Shown here: positions 10,660 to 24,200 of the stretch, one piece after another
Layout: every line of letters begins with the position of its first letter
Position numbering within the stretch: position 1 is the stretch's first letter
NCBI GenBank assembly: GCA_965178125.1
Contig: OZ237776.1
Coordinates: 434,001 to 498,000, forward strand
Reading direction: 5' to 3'
Length of the DNA stretch: 64,000 nt
DNA from: Bilabrum cf. latius
Taxonomy: Eukaryota
Notes under the pieces: generated by a model
Databases searched by the model: none
What the model saw: the letters and a program-made list of their open reading frames with translations, nothing else
Told to the model about the DNA's origin: nothing
Position numbers and translations under genes: made by a program

Positions 10660-13600
10660 ATGGATACTTCGTGGATTTTTGAGGAAGAGGACGATGCTTG
10701 CCGAGACCAGCGAGTCCGACTCAGAACCGGCACTGAATCGAAAAGCCTACGTCGTACGCTGCCGTTATACCAGCTAGACCGACTTGATAAGATCCAAGCT
10801 CTTGTTGCGGGAACAAAGGGTCGGGAAGTCTCGAATTCGAAGCGGTCAGAGCTGGATTCCTCAAATACGTCTCATTCGCAGCCCCTTCGAGCTAGGCTAC
10901 CGCTGCCACGAACTGAGCCAGGCATGCAGGCTCCACAAACAGAATGCTGCTCAGAGGTGTCGGGATGTGCAGATGAGATGAGCCGGACGCTTGATTACAG
11001 GCATGCACGAGCATTGAGATCCGCTCAGACAGCCTTTCAAGCAATGTCGGGCAATTCTGCGACAGGGGGGGAATGGAACGCAATGTTAAGCAAGCCAAAC
11101 ACATCTACAGAGCTGACACCCAGCGATACATTGGGGTTCAGTGCATGCGACGCCTCCCGTCGCTGGCTCAAGACTGCAGCCGGCGCCCTCTCGCCCATCG
11201 AGTGGGAGGCATCGCCCGAGATGGAGGGCAACAGCCTAACGGACGGAACTTCTCCCGCCATATAGTGCAGTGTACCATACATGGCCGGGAGTAATGGCTC
11301 TTCCGAGTGCGCATATCATGATGGGGCCGATCGTGCCGCTGGCAGTGGTGTCCCACTGCAGCACCTGCTCCCAGTCGAGGCGAGCACAAGCACTGGCACT
11401 GGCACTGGTACTGGCACTGGTACTGGCACAGACGCAAATACAAGCACAAGCGCAAGCACTGTGGGCAGGGAGGCTCTTCTGAGGGCAGCGGTGGGCAGGG
11501 CTTTGGCACGGTGCGCCGAGGAGCAGGCCCTGCGACAGGCAGCCGAGAGGGAGGCCGGAGGACTGAGGGCGCGGGTGGACGAGCTGAGGGAGAGGGCGGA
11601 GGAGGGGGAGAGGGAGATGGGGCGGCTGCGGGAGCGGGGGGCGTGGCTGGGGCATGCACTGCAGGAGGCGCGCACGAGGCCGAGGATGGAGGTGATCGCG
11701 GGTACGTCATGGGCAACAGAGGATGACGATGAGGACGAGGGCGAGAGCAAGAGCGAAGGTCAGAGCGCAACCGGAAGCTCCTTGCCGGGCCGCAGCTTGG
11801 GTCAGTCGAATTGGAAGCACACAGAGTAGGAACAGGAACAGGAACAGGAACAGGAACAGGAACATGCCCTGCTGCCGCTGATCGAGGCGGCCCCGTCGCT
11901 TGCGGAACTTCGGGGCGCCGCGCTACACCAGGCCCAGCAGCAGGCCCTGGACGCCAGCAGCAAGTGCAGCGCACTGCAGCACCGACTCGAGGTGGAGCAG
12001 GCTCGGCACGAGAGCGAGATCGGCCGGTGGGAGGCCAAGGCAGCCGCCCTCGAGGCAGCCATGCAGCGGTGGGGCAGGGTGGCATCGAGCGCGGCTGTCG
12101 TGGCGGATGCCCGGGTGAGTGCTATGCAGGAGGAGGTGGAGGGTGCCAGGGGGGCGAGGGAGGCGGCAGAGGAGCGTGCGAGGGAGCTGGGTGCCCGGGT
12201 GGAATCCCTGGGAGCAGCGCTGGAGACTGCACGTGCACGGGGTGCGGATCTGGAGGGCCAGCTGCGAGAGGCGAAGGGGCAGCTGGAGGGGCTGCGGGCG
12301 ACTCTCCATGAGAAGGAGAAGCAATTGGTCGAGGAGAGGAGGGGGGCCAGGGAGGCCGAGGCCAGGGAACAATCCGCGGCAGTGCGGGCAAGAGAGGCCG
12401 AGGCTGCGCTGGGGGAGGCCTTACCGGCGGGAGGCAGGGTGCATGGGGCTGCAGTGGCAGTGGGTCCGGGCGGGTTGCGGCTCGGCGGTGACTGGGGCGA
12501 GGACCTTGGCTCTGTAGTGGTGGATAGGGGGTCAGTTGGTGCCTTTGGCTCGGTAAGGGGTCGGGTGGCGGGCCAGTCGGTTTCCCGCGTGTCTATGGCA
12601 AGCAGGCATGTGGACGGGTCTGCAGCGGTGTCAGGGGAAGCTTTGAGCGGGTCTAGCCCCGGCGTGCTGGTGCGGCAGCTGAGACGGGCGCTGGAGAAAG
12701 AGAGAAGGAGAGCAAATGAGGCAGAGGCGGCTCTTGGGCAGGGCAGCGCGATGGGCCTCCTCCGGAGCAGAGCCGCTGGAGGCTGCCAGGAGTGGCATGC
12801 GGGTGCCTCTCGATATCTCTCTTAGCAAGGTGACCCCGCCGCGTACAGACTGGCCATACCTGCTGGTCTGCACCATCGGTAGGTACATGTACAGGCAACC
12901 GTGTCCTGTGTGCCGCCAGCTGAGGATGCTGCCACTGCAAGGCGGGACTCTGTGCTAACCAAGGCGTACAGGGTCGGTGTGGTCAAGGTTGGAGCCCCTG
13001 CAGCGGGGCCGGATGAGAGCGGTGCAGCCAACACTTATCTGGCTCTTGGCATGTCTACGGCTCGAGTCTGGTCCAGCTCTGTGTGCGCTGCTGTGGGGCT
13101 GAAGAGCAGGCGCATTCACACAGCCTGGGGTGACCGGTCGGGACCGCCGCTATCAGGCATGACACTGACAGGTACGATTCCGACAGGCATCGCACATGCA
13201 GGAATTGATGGCGGGTAGTCGTGCAAGGGGAGCTTTGCACCTGCTAGCTGCATCGATACGACTGGGCCATACGTCGTCAGCACAGCAGAAGCAGGCACCC
13301 AGTGCCAGAGCAGCCACGGCACAGCAGAGGCAGGCACCCAGTGCCAGAGCAGCCACGGCACATCGGAGGCAGGCACCCAGTGCTGTAGTAGTGTGGCTGC
13401 AGGCGGCGGCATATCCGACGGGCTGCTGCTGGCAGACGACGACGAGGACCAGGACGTCACCAATGACAGTGCTAAGCATGGCACGGCAGACAGTATATCA
13501 GGATCTCAAGATCTTACCTATCACCACCCCTATCATTGGGCGGCAGCCAAGAAGAATCCTGAGGACCAGGACCAGGACCAGTACGAAGACGGGGACTACC

Positions 13601-14511
13601 TGGGCCTGGACGTGTCGCACTCGTCACACCTGAGCGGGACAGGAGCTACCTTCAATGAGTCCACGATGCTGTACACGCCCGCTCGCGGCACTGGCACTGG
13701 CACTGGCACTGGCACTGGCACTGGCACTGGCTCCAACCAGCGCAGCAGCGGGGCGGGGTCCCTCGCGCGACCTGCGGGCACCGGCCCTGGCAACCAGGAC
13801 GAAGGCATGGGCGCAGGCGCAGGGCAGCTGTCGGTGGGAAGGCCCGCTGGAAATAACGGTGCAGTGCATGGTAGTGCGCGGGAAGGTCTCGGTGCGCCAG
13901 TGGCACGGCAGCTTCGGCACCCTGAACCTGAGCGGGGCATGCCCAGCCCAGGGCTAGGGCTAGGGCGGCAGTGGGCTGTGCACGCGCTGCAGGGGTGCAC
14001 CGTGCCAGCTGCGGCTCTGCCGGCCCATGGTCACGGTCGGAACCAGAGGCAGGGCCAGGGCCGTGTGCCTGCACCTGGCCAGAAGACCATCCCAGGGACG
14101 GAGACTGTCTTTGGGCTGGTCTCGGTCGGGCACCGCAAGGAGGCTGGGGGAGGGGCAGGACCCGAGAGGGCGGACGCAGCCGGCCTCAAGAGGGCGCTAG
14201 AGGTGCAGAAATAGGAGAAAGAGGCGGGGATCAGGCGGTGGAGGGAGCTGGCAGCGCAGTAGGAGCTGGCGTGGGCCAGCCGATGCGCGGCCAGCGGGGT
14301 GCGTGGGGTGAGGGAGGGCATGGTGATCGCTGGTGCAGCGAGGGCGTGCGCGGGGCTTGGGGTGGGGACTGGCGCATTGGACGGAAGTGTTGTTGGTGGT
14401 ATTGATGGCGATGGTAGTGGTGGGGGAGGTGGTGGGGAGGGATGGGCGAGTGGGGAGCTTGTGGGAATGGTGGATCGATTGCTGCAAGCTTGCGGCGATG
14501 GCAGCAGCTGA
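10660..14511 (+). CDS. Coiled-coil, low-complexity protein, 1283 aa
   Basis: Six listed ORFs in one frame, joined through TAGs 11263, 11827, 12823, 12880, 13216, 14212 and 14260. E/A/R-rich heptad stretches at about 11470-12420. Ends TGA. Confidence 0.75.
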
Positions 14512-14619
14512 TGATACGATGGTTGCCAACCTGGCCGTACAGCGAGAAGCACGCCATACAGTGCTATAATTACAACACGTTTATTGCCATCACCGCGAAC
14601 CCAAAATGTACTATTCGAG

Positions 14620-15441
14620 TCACTGCGCCCCCCCGCTGCCCCCGCCCCCGCCGGCCTAGCTCCCGCTTGACTCTTCCTCCTCGTCCTCGCACGCGGCTTT
14701 GGGGAATGTGCGGCCCTCCCCCTCATCCTCCCGGGGAACGGGGAGGCCTCTGTACCCTAGCACTTCCTGAATCTGTGCGCTGGTGGTGGTCTTCTTTATT
14801 CTAAACTCTCCCAAGTGCTCCCCCTGGTCCGAGAAGAACTGGATGGTCGGTGGCTGCGAGTAGGGATGGATCTGCAGCTGCTCCTTGCTGTACCGCGGGG
14901 CCACCATCGAGCGGAACTCCTTGAGACCGGGGTAAAATTTAATCACACACGTATGGATTGGGGCCTTGATGAGTGCGTTCGAGGCCTATCGCCCCCCGAT
15001 GTGGGCCGCGAGGGGATCCCCTTCCTCCTCGTCGAAAAGGTGATCGCCCTGCAGCTGCTGCCTAGCGCGATCCTCTGCTTCCAGTCGCTCTCTAGCCTCT
15101 CGCTCTGCCTACTCAGCGTGCTATCGCGCAAGCTCTGCCTCTCTCTCCTCATCCTCGTCCGCGTAGTCGTCGTACACCACACCACCTCGTCGGTGCGAGT
15201 CACCGGCGGTCACAGACCCGTCTGCTCTTACTTCCATCGTATCGGCGGCTATCTGTGAGAACAAAACGATACAGGATATTTGTACCCGCGGATTTATCAT
15301 CGGAAAAGTAATGCCAAGGTGGCTCGACACGAGGGAATCGAATTTCTTTGAAAAAAACTTGATGCAAGCCAAGATACAACTTACCGCAAGGCCACAGAGA
15401 AGCACTAGTACTAAAAGATACTTCAAGCACTAAGACTTCAT
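14620..15441 (-). CDS. Secretory Sep15/SelM-like thioredoxin-fold protein (Cys form)
   Basis: ATG 15441 and signal peptide MKS*CLKYLLVLVLLCGLA. Phase-0 intron 15384-15253 (GTAAGT...TCACAG). Domain ALIKAPIHTCVIKFYPGLKEF...PPTIQFFSDQGEHLGEFRI...IQEVLGYRGL resembles Sep15/SelM. TAGs at 15430, 15121, 15109, 14986 and 14656; ends TGA. Confidence 0.62.
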
Positions 15442-16142
15442 GAAGAATATCCCTGCAAAGCTGGACTGCCTTGGCGGAGAGACATTTGCAAAATACAGAG
15501 TTTATGCAGTGCAGTTTCAGCTATTGCAATAATGTCGGTAAATAATCCAGCAATGAGGCCATGGCTGACCTAGGGCGGCGTAACAATTGAAATAAGTTGT
15601 TAAATTATTACGGATTGCAGCGCTTTGCTCGTGATGATTGTGGCTGGGATCGGTAGTCTCGATTTCCCCTCGGGGTGAACGGCACCTATATACTGTCTTC
15701 AGCGGCGACTTCATTCGTCTGCCTCGTTCTCGGATGAATGTGTAACGGATTCTTGCTAGTGACTTCCAGAGCACTGATATCTTGCAACGGTTCCCTCCTG
15801 CAAAGTGAAGCAGCGAAGCTATGACTACTTCAACCAAGACTGCGAAGCACCTTTAGGCCACAAATGGACAAGTACATCCAACATTTGCAATAGAATGTGT
15901 CTATACAGTAACGGGGGATCCCTGCTCTGCCATGCGATCGTTGAGGAAGAAAAGCTTGAGATTAGCTCTGTTAGGGTATTTCTCGGCATTACAGTGTCGG
16001 GCAATTTCACTTCGGCCATTCACAAGTTAACACGGCGGGGACTATATTTTACTAGCAACATTGTCAGCAATCCATATCAAGCTAGTGGACTGTGTATCGG
16101 TGAATTGGTGTCGACCATTGTAAAAACTGCGAGCGTTGGGGG

Positions 16143-17446
16143 ATGGCAGACGATCCGGCAGACGATTCACGCCGATCCAGAACTACAACCGCTCGGAAGC
16201 AGCAAAATAACATTCCTTCGCCATCTGCAAGACGAACCAGGCGTCCCCGTAAGTTCATTGACGACTACGATCCTGCTGCAGCCAAGTGGGATGACGTTAT
16301 CCGCCTCTCAACGCATTTACAGGCGTTCCTGTCAATTGCGGCCAATCAGGACTCTTCCCCGCCCCAAAACGCAATCGATCAGGTAGCTCGACGTCTTCGA
16401 GAGGCTAGACGAGCTGTGGAATCTCTGGGTTTATCGATTGATGCAAGACTCAAAGATGCTGACAGCGATTTAAACGCTGAAACGGGCATGAACAGTCGAC
16501 CGCCCACGATCTCGGCATTATCTAAATCCGGGGGCAGATCTTGTCATCAAACGGGCCGAGACGTGGCAGTTTCACGGAGTCGTCCTCAGAAACCTGAATC
16601 GTAGGACATGCCACCTTTTGGGCCCGATTTGAGACTTGCAGGCGAAGGACTGGGCCTTGCTGCCGCTGGGCAGCCCCAGACCACCGGTGGAATGGCTCCA
16701 CCGACTACCATGGCGGTTCCAGGGCAGCTGACTAGGTCGCATACCGCTCTAGATGTTGCGCATAGTAGGATTCGCTCGTTTGAGAGGCCGATTGCAAGTG
16801 GAGGCACCTCCAGTGGGGCTGTTGGTATTTCGGCCGTTCGCGGCGAAGCAATGGCGATTGCGCCAGAGATCACCGCACCCAGCACTGGACTTGATAACCA
16901 GCAAATATTGGATTTACACGACCATAGACGGCTATTCCCGGCTGAAGAGAGTCGGGGGATCGCCACATGGAGGGCAGGCAGCGGTTCCCTCGGTGCATTC
17001 AGCGCATCCCCACCGCACGTCATGGCGCCACTCTCACCGACGGTGGAGGACAGTAGCGCGCTGCTCGCTGCATCTAAAGGGAGAGAAGCTGGCATGGCTC
17101 CCGCAGCAGCATCCCCCGTAGGTCTGCTCAGCGGATACCCGCGGCACTCGGGCAGTCCTCCATTGATTCCCTCCTCCTCGGCCTCCAGCTCATTCTCGTC
17201 CTACATGAGGCCAGGACCAGGACCAGGGCTGGATCAAGCGGGTCGTAGTCCTAGTGTAGAATGTGGTCTGCATGCTGGGGCTGGCGCCAGTGGATCCATG
17301 GGATGGGGTGTGGGCATGAGTGACGGCAGCGCGGCTCATCTGTCGTACATTAGCGACGGGGAGGATCTGTCCCCTACGATACGAGGCAAGATCACTGGCA
17401 ACGGCAACGGAGAGGCGGCCGCTGGCAGCGGGGAGCAGGAGAGGAG

Positions 17447-17501
<55 letters not shown>

Positions 17502-17771
17502 AGGGAGCAGGAGCAGGAGAGGGAGGACAGCGCCAGCTCTGGTTCCCTGCTGATGGGTGCTTCACAGTCGAGTGGACCGAGATAGCAGTGGGCTACGGGC
17601 GATGACCTTGGCCGGGATGAGTACAATGGCCAGAGTCATGGAGTGGGGCAGCCGGCGATGGAGGGGGGCGAGGCCTTGGAGCCTGAGGGGCTGTCCGGGG
17701 GATCATCCGGCCCGGGGAAGCTCGACTTCCCTAGCAGCGGTTCGGGGCTAGGGGATATGCGCGGTAGGTAA
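16143..17771 (+). CDS. Hypothetical low-complexity protein, 542 aa, with (EQ)n tract
   Basis: ORFs 16143 and 16608 are in the same frame, with TAGs at 16602 and 17583; ends TAA 17769-17771. (GAGCAG)n at about 17433-17520. Confidence 0.68.
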
Positions 17772-18200
17772 CTTAAGGTGACCCAAAAGCTCGCTGCATC
17801 CTATTCGAATCGCCTTGTAGATTGCGTGGCGCCGCGCTAAATCGAAACGGAACCACCTGACTTGGCTCAGGATCAGGAGGATCCTCACCAAAGAAAAGTA
17901 GTCAATCTCCTTTGGTTTGAGCTAAGTTTTCAACTTCTGGCTCCTGATTGAATCGGAGCTCGATTACACGGTCCAACCGGGCTATTGAACCTGTGCTCTT
18001 TTTTTGAAGACGGATCAATAGTGTTTCGGTGCAGCTAGATATTGGGCCGTTCACACCGAATTCGCATATTATCTACTTGATTACTGGTTGTATCTTACCA
18101 CTGCCTGGGACGGTAATCCGTATCAGCACCACGCGTGGCGATTCAGTCCGCCGGTGGATTCGACTCTGCAGCGTTCGATAGAGAAAGGGCGTGCATCGCT

Positions 18201-21200
18201 ATGAATGGCTCATACGGCGCAGCGAGCAAAGCTTCGCATAGAAATAAACAAACGTCCGCATGGTCGTTTGGCCCAGACGTGACGAACCAACCCCTTGGGT
18301 ACCGGGATCCGTTGGAACGCGCCGACGGTGGCCTCCCCAACTTTGATGAAAGCAACCATGTAAGAAGCAGTGGCAGACTGCACCCGGATGACCTTAACGC
18401 TCCAAAAAATGCGAGGCAGCAATCTGGGCGCGCTCCTAGCTCCCGGCCTCCGGGTCAGGATATCTCGCGAGCCGCGAGCGGAGTTGGCATGCGCCTGCAT
18501 GTGCCGGGACACGCTCACAGCCGTCGCGGTGGAACAACCGCTGCAGCAAGCCGCACCACCTCCGGGAGATCGAAGCAAAGAATCAACCATCATCAATCGT
18601 CACACCCCGAGAGGCTCAAGTCCTCCCGCTCCCGGCCCCGGCTCCCCGTGGATAGGGCCAGGCACCACCACCGCGCGGTCCCCAGTCCAGCAGGGGAGCC
18701 CGTGCGCCTGCCCGTGGCCGCGCTGGGCGGGCCCATCTCGTCCAGCAAGGGCCAAGCCGCTCTCTCCCGCGCGGCTCTGCATGCGCGCAGGGAGCAAGCT
18801 CACAGGCTCCGTGCCAGCACAGCGGCGAGGGCCAGGGGGGAGTACGGTGAGCTGCAGGCCGCTGTGAGGGAGGCCCTGGAGAGGCACAGGAACCCCCATG
18901 TGGGGGGCTTGGGGGCGGGTGTCGTGGGGGGATCTCCTCGGGAAAGTGCGGGGGGTAAGAGTGACGAGTACACAGGATACGGGACAGACCATGGCGGGGG
19001 CTGGGCGGGTGATGGACGCACTCTGGTCCAAGTTGGCACTCATCACACGGACCCGGCACTGGCTCGGGCCCTGGAGGCTCACCTGGAGGAGAGCCGTGCT
19101 GCTCTGCGCGCCATGGAGGAGCATGTGGCGGTGGCTGACGGGGTCATGAGGCAGCTGTGCGAGGGAGGCGCGGGGGCGGGGGCGGGGGTGGATGGCTCGG
19201 GGGCCTATGGGGGACGACCTGCGAGGCGGCGGGAGGCATGGGGCACTAGGAGCAGTGGTCCCATCCGGGGTGTGACGAGTGCGTCACGAGGGATGCACCG
19301 GGCCTACATGGATCCCCAGCCCGGCCTCGGCGCCTTGGAGCGAGATGGGAATAGGAGCGACGCGCTGGAGTAGGTACACCAGCATCGGCGGCGGCAGGAT
19401 CCTCATCACCAGCGAGGTCTTGCACTGAGTGGGAGCACGTCCGCCTTGAGATCCAGGGGGGCACGAGACTCGGATCGGTCGCACTCGTCACAGGGACTAA
19501 TACCATCGACACTGGTTCGCTCGAACTCTGCCCGTTCGCTGGCCGAGGACGTGGCTCCCGGCAAGCGCGTGAACGGGGGCGTGCTGCAGCCGATTCGGGC
19601 CAGCGGGGGGCTATCACCGGGATCCGTAGGTCAGCGGAGGGAATTGCGTCTGGGTGACAGCGAGCATGCGCGTGTGACGAGTGAAGGCAGGCACCGCCCC
19701 CCGGCAGTGGGCCCGGGTCCAGCCCGCACTAGCCCCCAGGCCACCGCGCATGCCCTGCAGGAAGCCCGGGCCAGCAGCCCCGAGACCCTGAGGGAATCCC
19801 CACTGCTGCAGCCAGTGCGAATGCAGAGCCGGGGAGATGCTAGGCGAGACGTGACTGGGTTCGCGGGTGTGAGGCCTAGGACCAGCAGCAGCGGGAGGGG
19901 CACCAGGGCCGCGGTGGGGGCAGGAGGGGGTGCTAGATCAAGCACGAGGCAGAGAGAGAGACCCACGAGGCAGAGAGAGAGACCCTCGTCTGCTGCTTCT
20001 TCCTCCAGACAACGGGCCAGTGGTTCATCAACGAGGAGGAGACGAGGAGGGGGGCATGGAGTGTCCCGAGGTGATTCAGGCCGCAGTGGAGGAGGACGAG
20101 CAAGAAGCCGGAATAGTGGCGCCATGGTTGCTGCAGGCTCGGCGCCAGCTGCTACGGGTGGGGTGCTGGAGCGCGCCATGCAGAGCCAGCACAGCCAGGA
20201 CGATGATGCGGGGATTCACGATGCGGGGATTCACGAGGGGGGACTGGATGTTGACGACGTGCACGCGGTGGGGGATGGGCACAGTGCAATGCATGGTGGT
20301 GCCATGAAGGCGGATGAACTTCTGGAAGAGGAGGAAAAAGCGATGAGGGAGCACTCTAGTATGCGCGGTGCAGGTCACCATGGGCCTGTGGAGAGGTCTG
20401 CTGCAGCGGCGCTGGGGCCTCTTCGGGAGGAGGCGGTGCGGGGGATGCATGCCAGTGGGTAGGAGATGAGAGAGCGCGGGAGGGATGGGCGAGTTGGGCA
20501 TGACGGGGTCTTTGATGGGGCGGGGGATACAGGGGGAATTCCCCGGGGGGATCGTGGGGGTCACTAGGATGATGTGGGGGCATGGCAGGTACCCAGCAGC
20601 AGCGCGGGCTAGGGCAATGGGGATGCAGCCAGCCTCAGCATGCACCACCATGCAGTGCATCCCCAGCTGCACCCCCTTCGACTGCAATCGATCGAGGAGA
20701 GAGAAGTTGGAGGTGCATTGCATAGTATGGCACCCGCTGCATTGCCCCCGGTGCATGCCGATGGACGCTTGCATGGAACGGGGCACAGGCCGGCGAGGCC
20801 CCACAGCGCGCAGCCGCGGCGACCCAGAGACAGCTCATTGCAACTGGGCAGCAGTGCACTGCACCCTGCTGGCGAGCTCGCCGCACCATTGGACTCGATG
20901 GACCATGGGCGTGGACCTCCCACTGCGCCTCGCCGTACAAGGCCACAATCCGCGCAGCCCAGCCGCAGCGCCAGCAGGGATCGGTCTAGCAACCGCGGCC
21001 ATGGCCGTGGCAGGGCCCGCCCGGCGTCCGCCGCATCTCGTCGCGGAGGCGATGTGACGAGTGCGACCGATGCCCTCGACTCCGCCCGTCAGCAGCGCGA
21101 GGCCGTGGACCGTCTCTTCCAGGGGTACTCCGCGGCCGGGGAGGAGGAGGTGCGGGCCAGAATCGCGCGGGATCGAGCCCGGGTGGGGGTGTTGCGCGCC

Positions 21201-24200
21201 CGGGCCCAGCGGTAGATCCACGCGGGCGGTAGGGCGGCGTCTGCCAGGCGACGGGCGGAGCGGCGGCGCAAGCGAGAGGAGCAGCAGGAGGCTGTCGCCT
21301 GGGGCCAGGAGTTCGCGGAGAAGGTTCGTCGCCGCAGCGTGGACCTGCGGGCGGAAGGTCGTTGGGGCGGGGGCGGGGGCTCGCGCTCTGGGGCTGCCTC
21401 CAGATCTGCGGCGGAGACGGGTTGGAGCCCTGCACGGGTGCGGGGGGAGCAAGAAGGACAAGAAGGGCAAGGGGAGCAAGGAGGGCTAGGAGAAGACAGG
21501 GGACATGGTGCTTCCGGGCTGAAAGGCGCGGAAGAGCAGCTGCAAGAGGAAGAGGAAATCGGTGTCGTGATGGATCAGGGGCCTGATAGGGAACAAGGCA
21601 TGGCCAACAAGCAGGGCGCGCCACAGATCACTATCAGGGATGCATCTAGGCCCCCCTCCCCCTCCCCGTCTGCAGTCAGCTCGCGTCGCAACAGCACGGG
21701 AGGCATCCGCGCACCTGTGGCCCGGCTTGACCTGTCGGGGTCCTGGGGGCGCAGGGGCAAGGGGTCTGGAGACGGTCAAGGGCGGCGTGCAGACGCTGAC
21801 GATGGCGATGGCGATGGCGTCGAGAGCGACAGGAGCGATGAAAGCGAAGAGGGTCGTGTGGAGGTGGCGCTACCTGGGGGACATAGGGTGCAGCTGGGGA
21901 CCGGTGCGCTGGGGGTGGCAGTGGAGGAGGCAGCCCGGTGGGAGGCATCCAAGATGATGCAGCAGCATCAACAGCATCAACCGCAACAGCAGAGCACAGG
22001 TGGAGAGAGAGGCAGGGAGCATGCCAGCAGCAGCAGCAGCAGCAGCAGCAGGAACAGGGGCAGCACCACGGGGTTGAGCAGGAGGAGACCCCAGTCCGCC
22101 CAGCGACGGTCCTCGTTTGTGGCCGCTGGGGGAAAGCCCGTTGATGCCTCGCAGCTGCGGCAGTCTGCGTCGCAGTGGGCTGCATCTGGCCCCATCGCTG
22201 CTAGTGGGCTGGCTCCCAAGCGTCAAGCCGCAGATATACAGCAAACAGGCGCCATGGATAGAGACGACGTCGACGAGAACAAGCCGACCTACGATCCGAC
22301 CGAGAACCAGCCCGCGGAACAGGGCACGGAGACAGCACAACGTGGACGTGCCACGGACCAGGACCAGGCCGAGGAAGAGGGTCGCACGGAAGCAGCACCG
22401 CCACCGCCTGTCCGCCCGCAGGCGCCAGCTCGCCCACAGACCCCTCGAGACTCTGTAGGTGGAAGTGATCCGCAGGGCAGTTCCCCCAGGGATTCGGACT
22501 CCCCCCAGTCGGGGCAGAGTCCCAGTTCCCCCCGCCTCACCGTGGTGTCCATCTCCAACGGGGCAGCATCCCCGCACGGGCCCAAGGGACAGCATAGCGG
22601 CAGGCTGCACGGCGGGGGCAGCTACCTAGTGGGCGAGCAGTGGGCTCAGGGGGAGGGGCTAGGGGGGGGAGGTGAGTCCCCCCTGCTGCCGGTGGCGGCG
22701 CAAACTGCAGATGCGGCCGGTGTGGGCTGGCGGAGTCGGAGGCGGCCGAAGCATCCACGCGGCCCAGGGCTCTACCATGCTCGCAGCCCCGGTGCGGTAG
22801 CAGAGTCTGGCCGTTCGAGTCCCTCGGGTGGAGACGGGTCCGTGCACAGCGCGGGGCTGGCGGCCGGCACCACTGCGGGGGCCCGCCGGTCTTCTCTTCC
22901 CCTGCAGCTTTACTCGCCCATGCCCCTGCCCTCGCCCTCGGATAGAGCCAGGGGCGCCATTCCCGGTCCCGCGCGAGGTGCCCCTCGGAGGATCGTGTCC
23001 TCCTTCTTCCAGGGGCCCGGTCACGGCAGGCGGGCCTCCCACGATGGTGCGGGGTCGTTGGCGATGGCAATGAGTGGGCCGAGGGGGGCATGGCCGGCGG
23101 CTCCCACTGCACCTTCACAGGGCACGGGGTCCGTGTTGCAAGGCAGTGCACCCAAGTCGTGGGAAGGGGACGAAGGTGCCACGGAGGCCCCTGGGGCGGG
23201 CGACAGGACGGCGAGCGTGGCACATGGAGCAGGGGCAGTCAGCGGCGGCGTGCCGGCGGGAGAGCTTGGGGCGGGCCTTGGTGTGGCGATCCACAGTGGA
23301 GTCGGGAGAGGGGGGCAGCAAGAGGGTAGCGATCGAGGCCACAGGGATGGTGACCCGATCGCTTTGCACAGGGCAGCGTTTCGAGGCGACGTGGACGAGC
23401 TGCAGCGGCTGCTGATGGAGGGGGCTGTGGCGGGGGACGTGGACGGCAGAGCGCGCATCGCACTGCACTACGCGTGTGAGGGCGGGCACCTGCGCGCAGT
23501 GCAGTTGCTGTTTGAGTCGGGCGGGGACGATTCGGCGCGTGCTCGGGACCAGGACGGCAACACGCCTCAGATCCTTGCCGTGATGCGGGGCCGCAGGTCG
23601 GTGGTCAGATACCTGCTGCAGAGCGCGGTGGATCCACGGGAGAGAGACGGGAGGGGACGCACGCCGGCTTAGATCGCGAGGCAGCTGGAGGCAGGGGGAG
23701 GGAATGGAAATGAAAGGAGAGGTCACGGTGCGAGCGCCCAGGGGGCTAAGTCAGGACAAGTGCCCGGTCCGCGGGTGCACGTGAGATCGTCAGGCAGCGC
23801 CAGCTCCAGTCCGTCCGGCAGTGGACCCGGGGTGGCTGCCTTGCTGGAGGAATACGAGGGATATTTTGACGGGGCCAGCGCGGTGCAGGGGCACGGGGAT
23901 GGTAGGGTGCAAAGGCGTATGGAGGTGCGGGGGCAGCATGGAAGCACGGGCAGGCTTGGGTAGGCATAGCCCGAGCTCACCGATGCGGTTATCGAGGACG
24001 GCGTGTCAGAGGCCGTAGGGCCGGCTGGCCGCAATAGGTCCGTTGAGCTTAACACCAAGCGACCCATGATGCAGCTGACGCTCCCCCGGGACAGCCCCCT
24101 GCCGCCAGGCGGGCCCGACTCCCGCTGGGAGGGGCACTCCGAGGCTGCCTCCAGCTCGGGGAGGTCAGAGGCGAGGTCGGTTGTAGGCGAGGGGGCGGGA

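Noticed and set aside
14940-14950. Selenocysteine TGA in the Sep15-like gene
   Set aside because: The nearby TGA is out of frame; the in-frame codon is TGT (Cys).
15517-16140. Short ORFs between the divergent genes at 15441 and 16143
   Set aside because: Low GC, no motifs and no coherent extension under the recoded table; probably promoter or UTR sequence.
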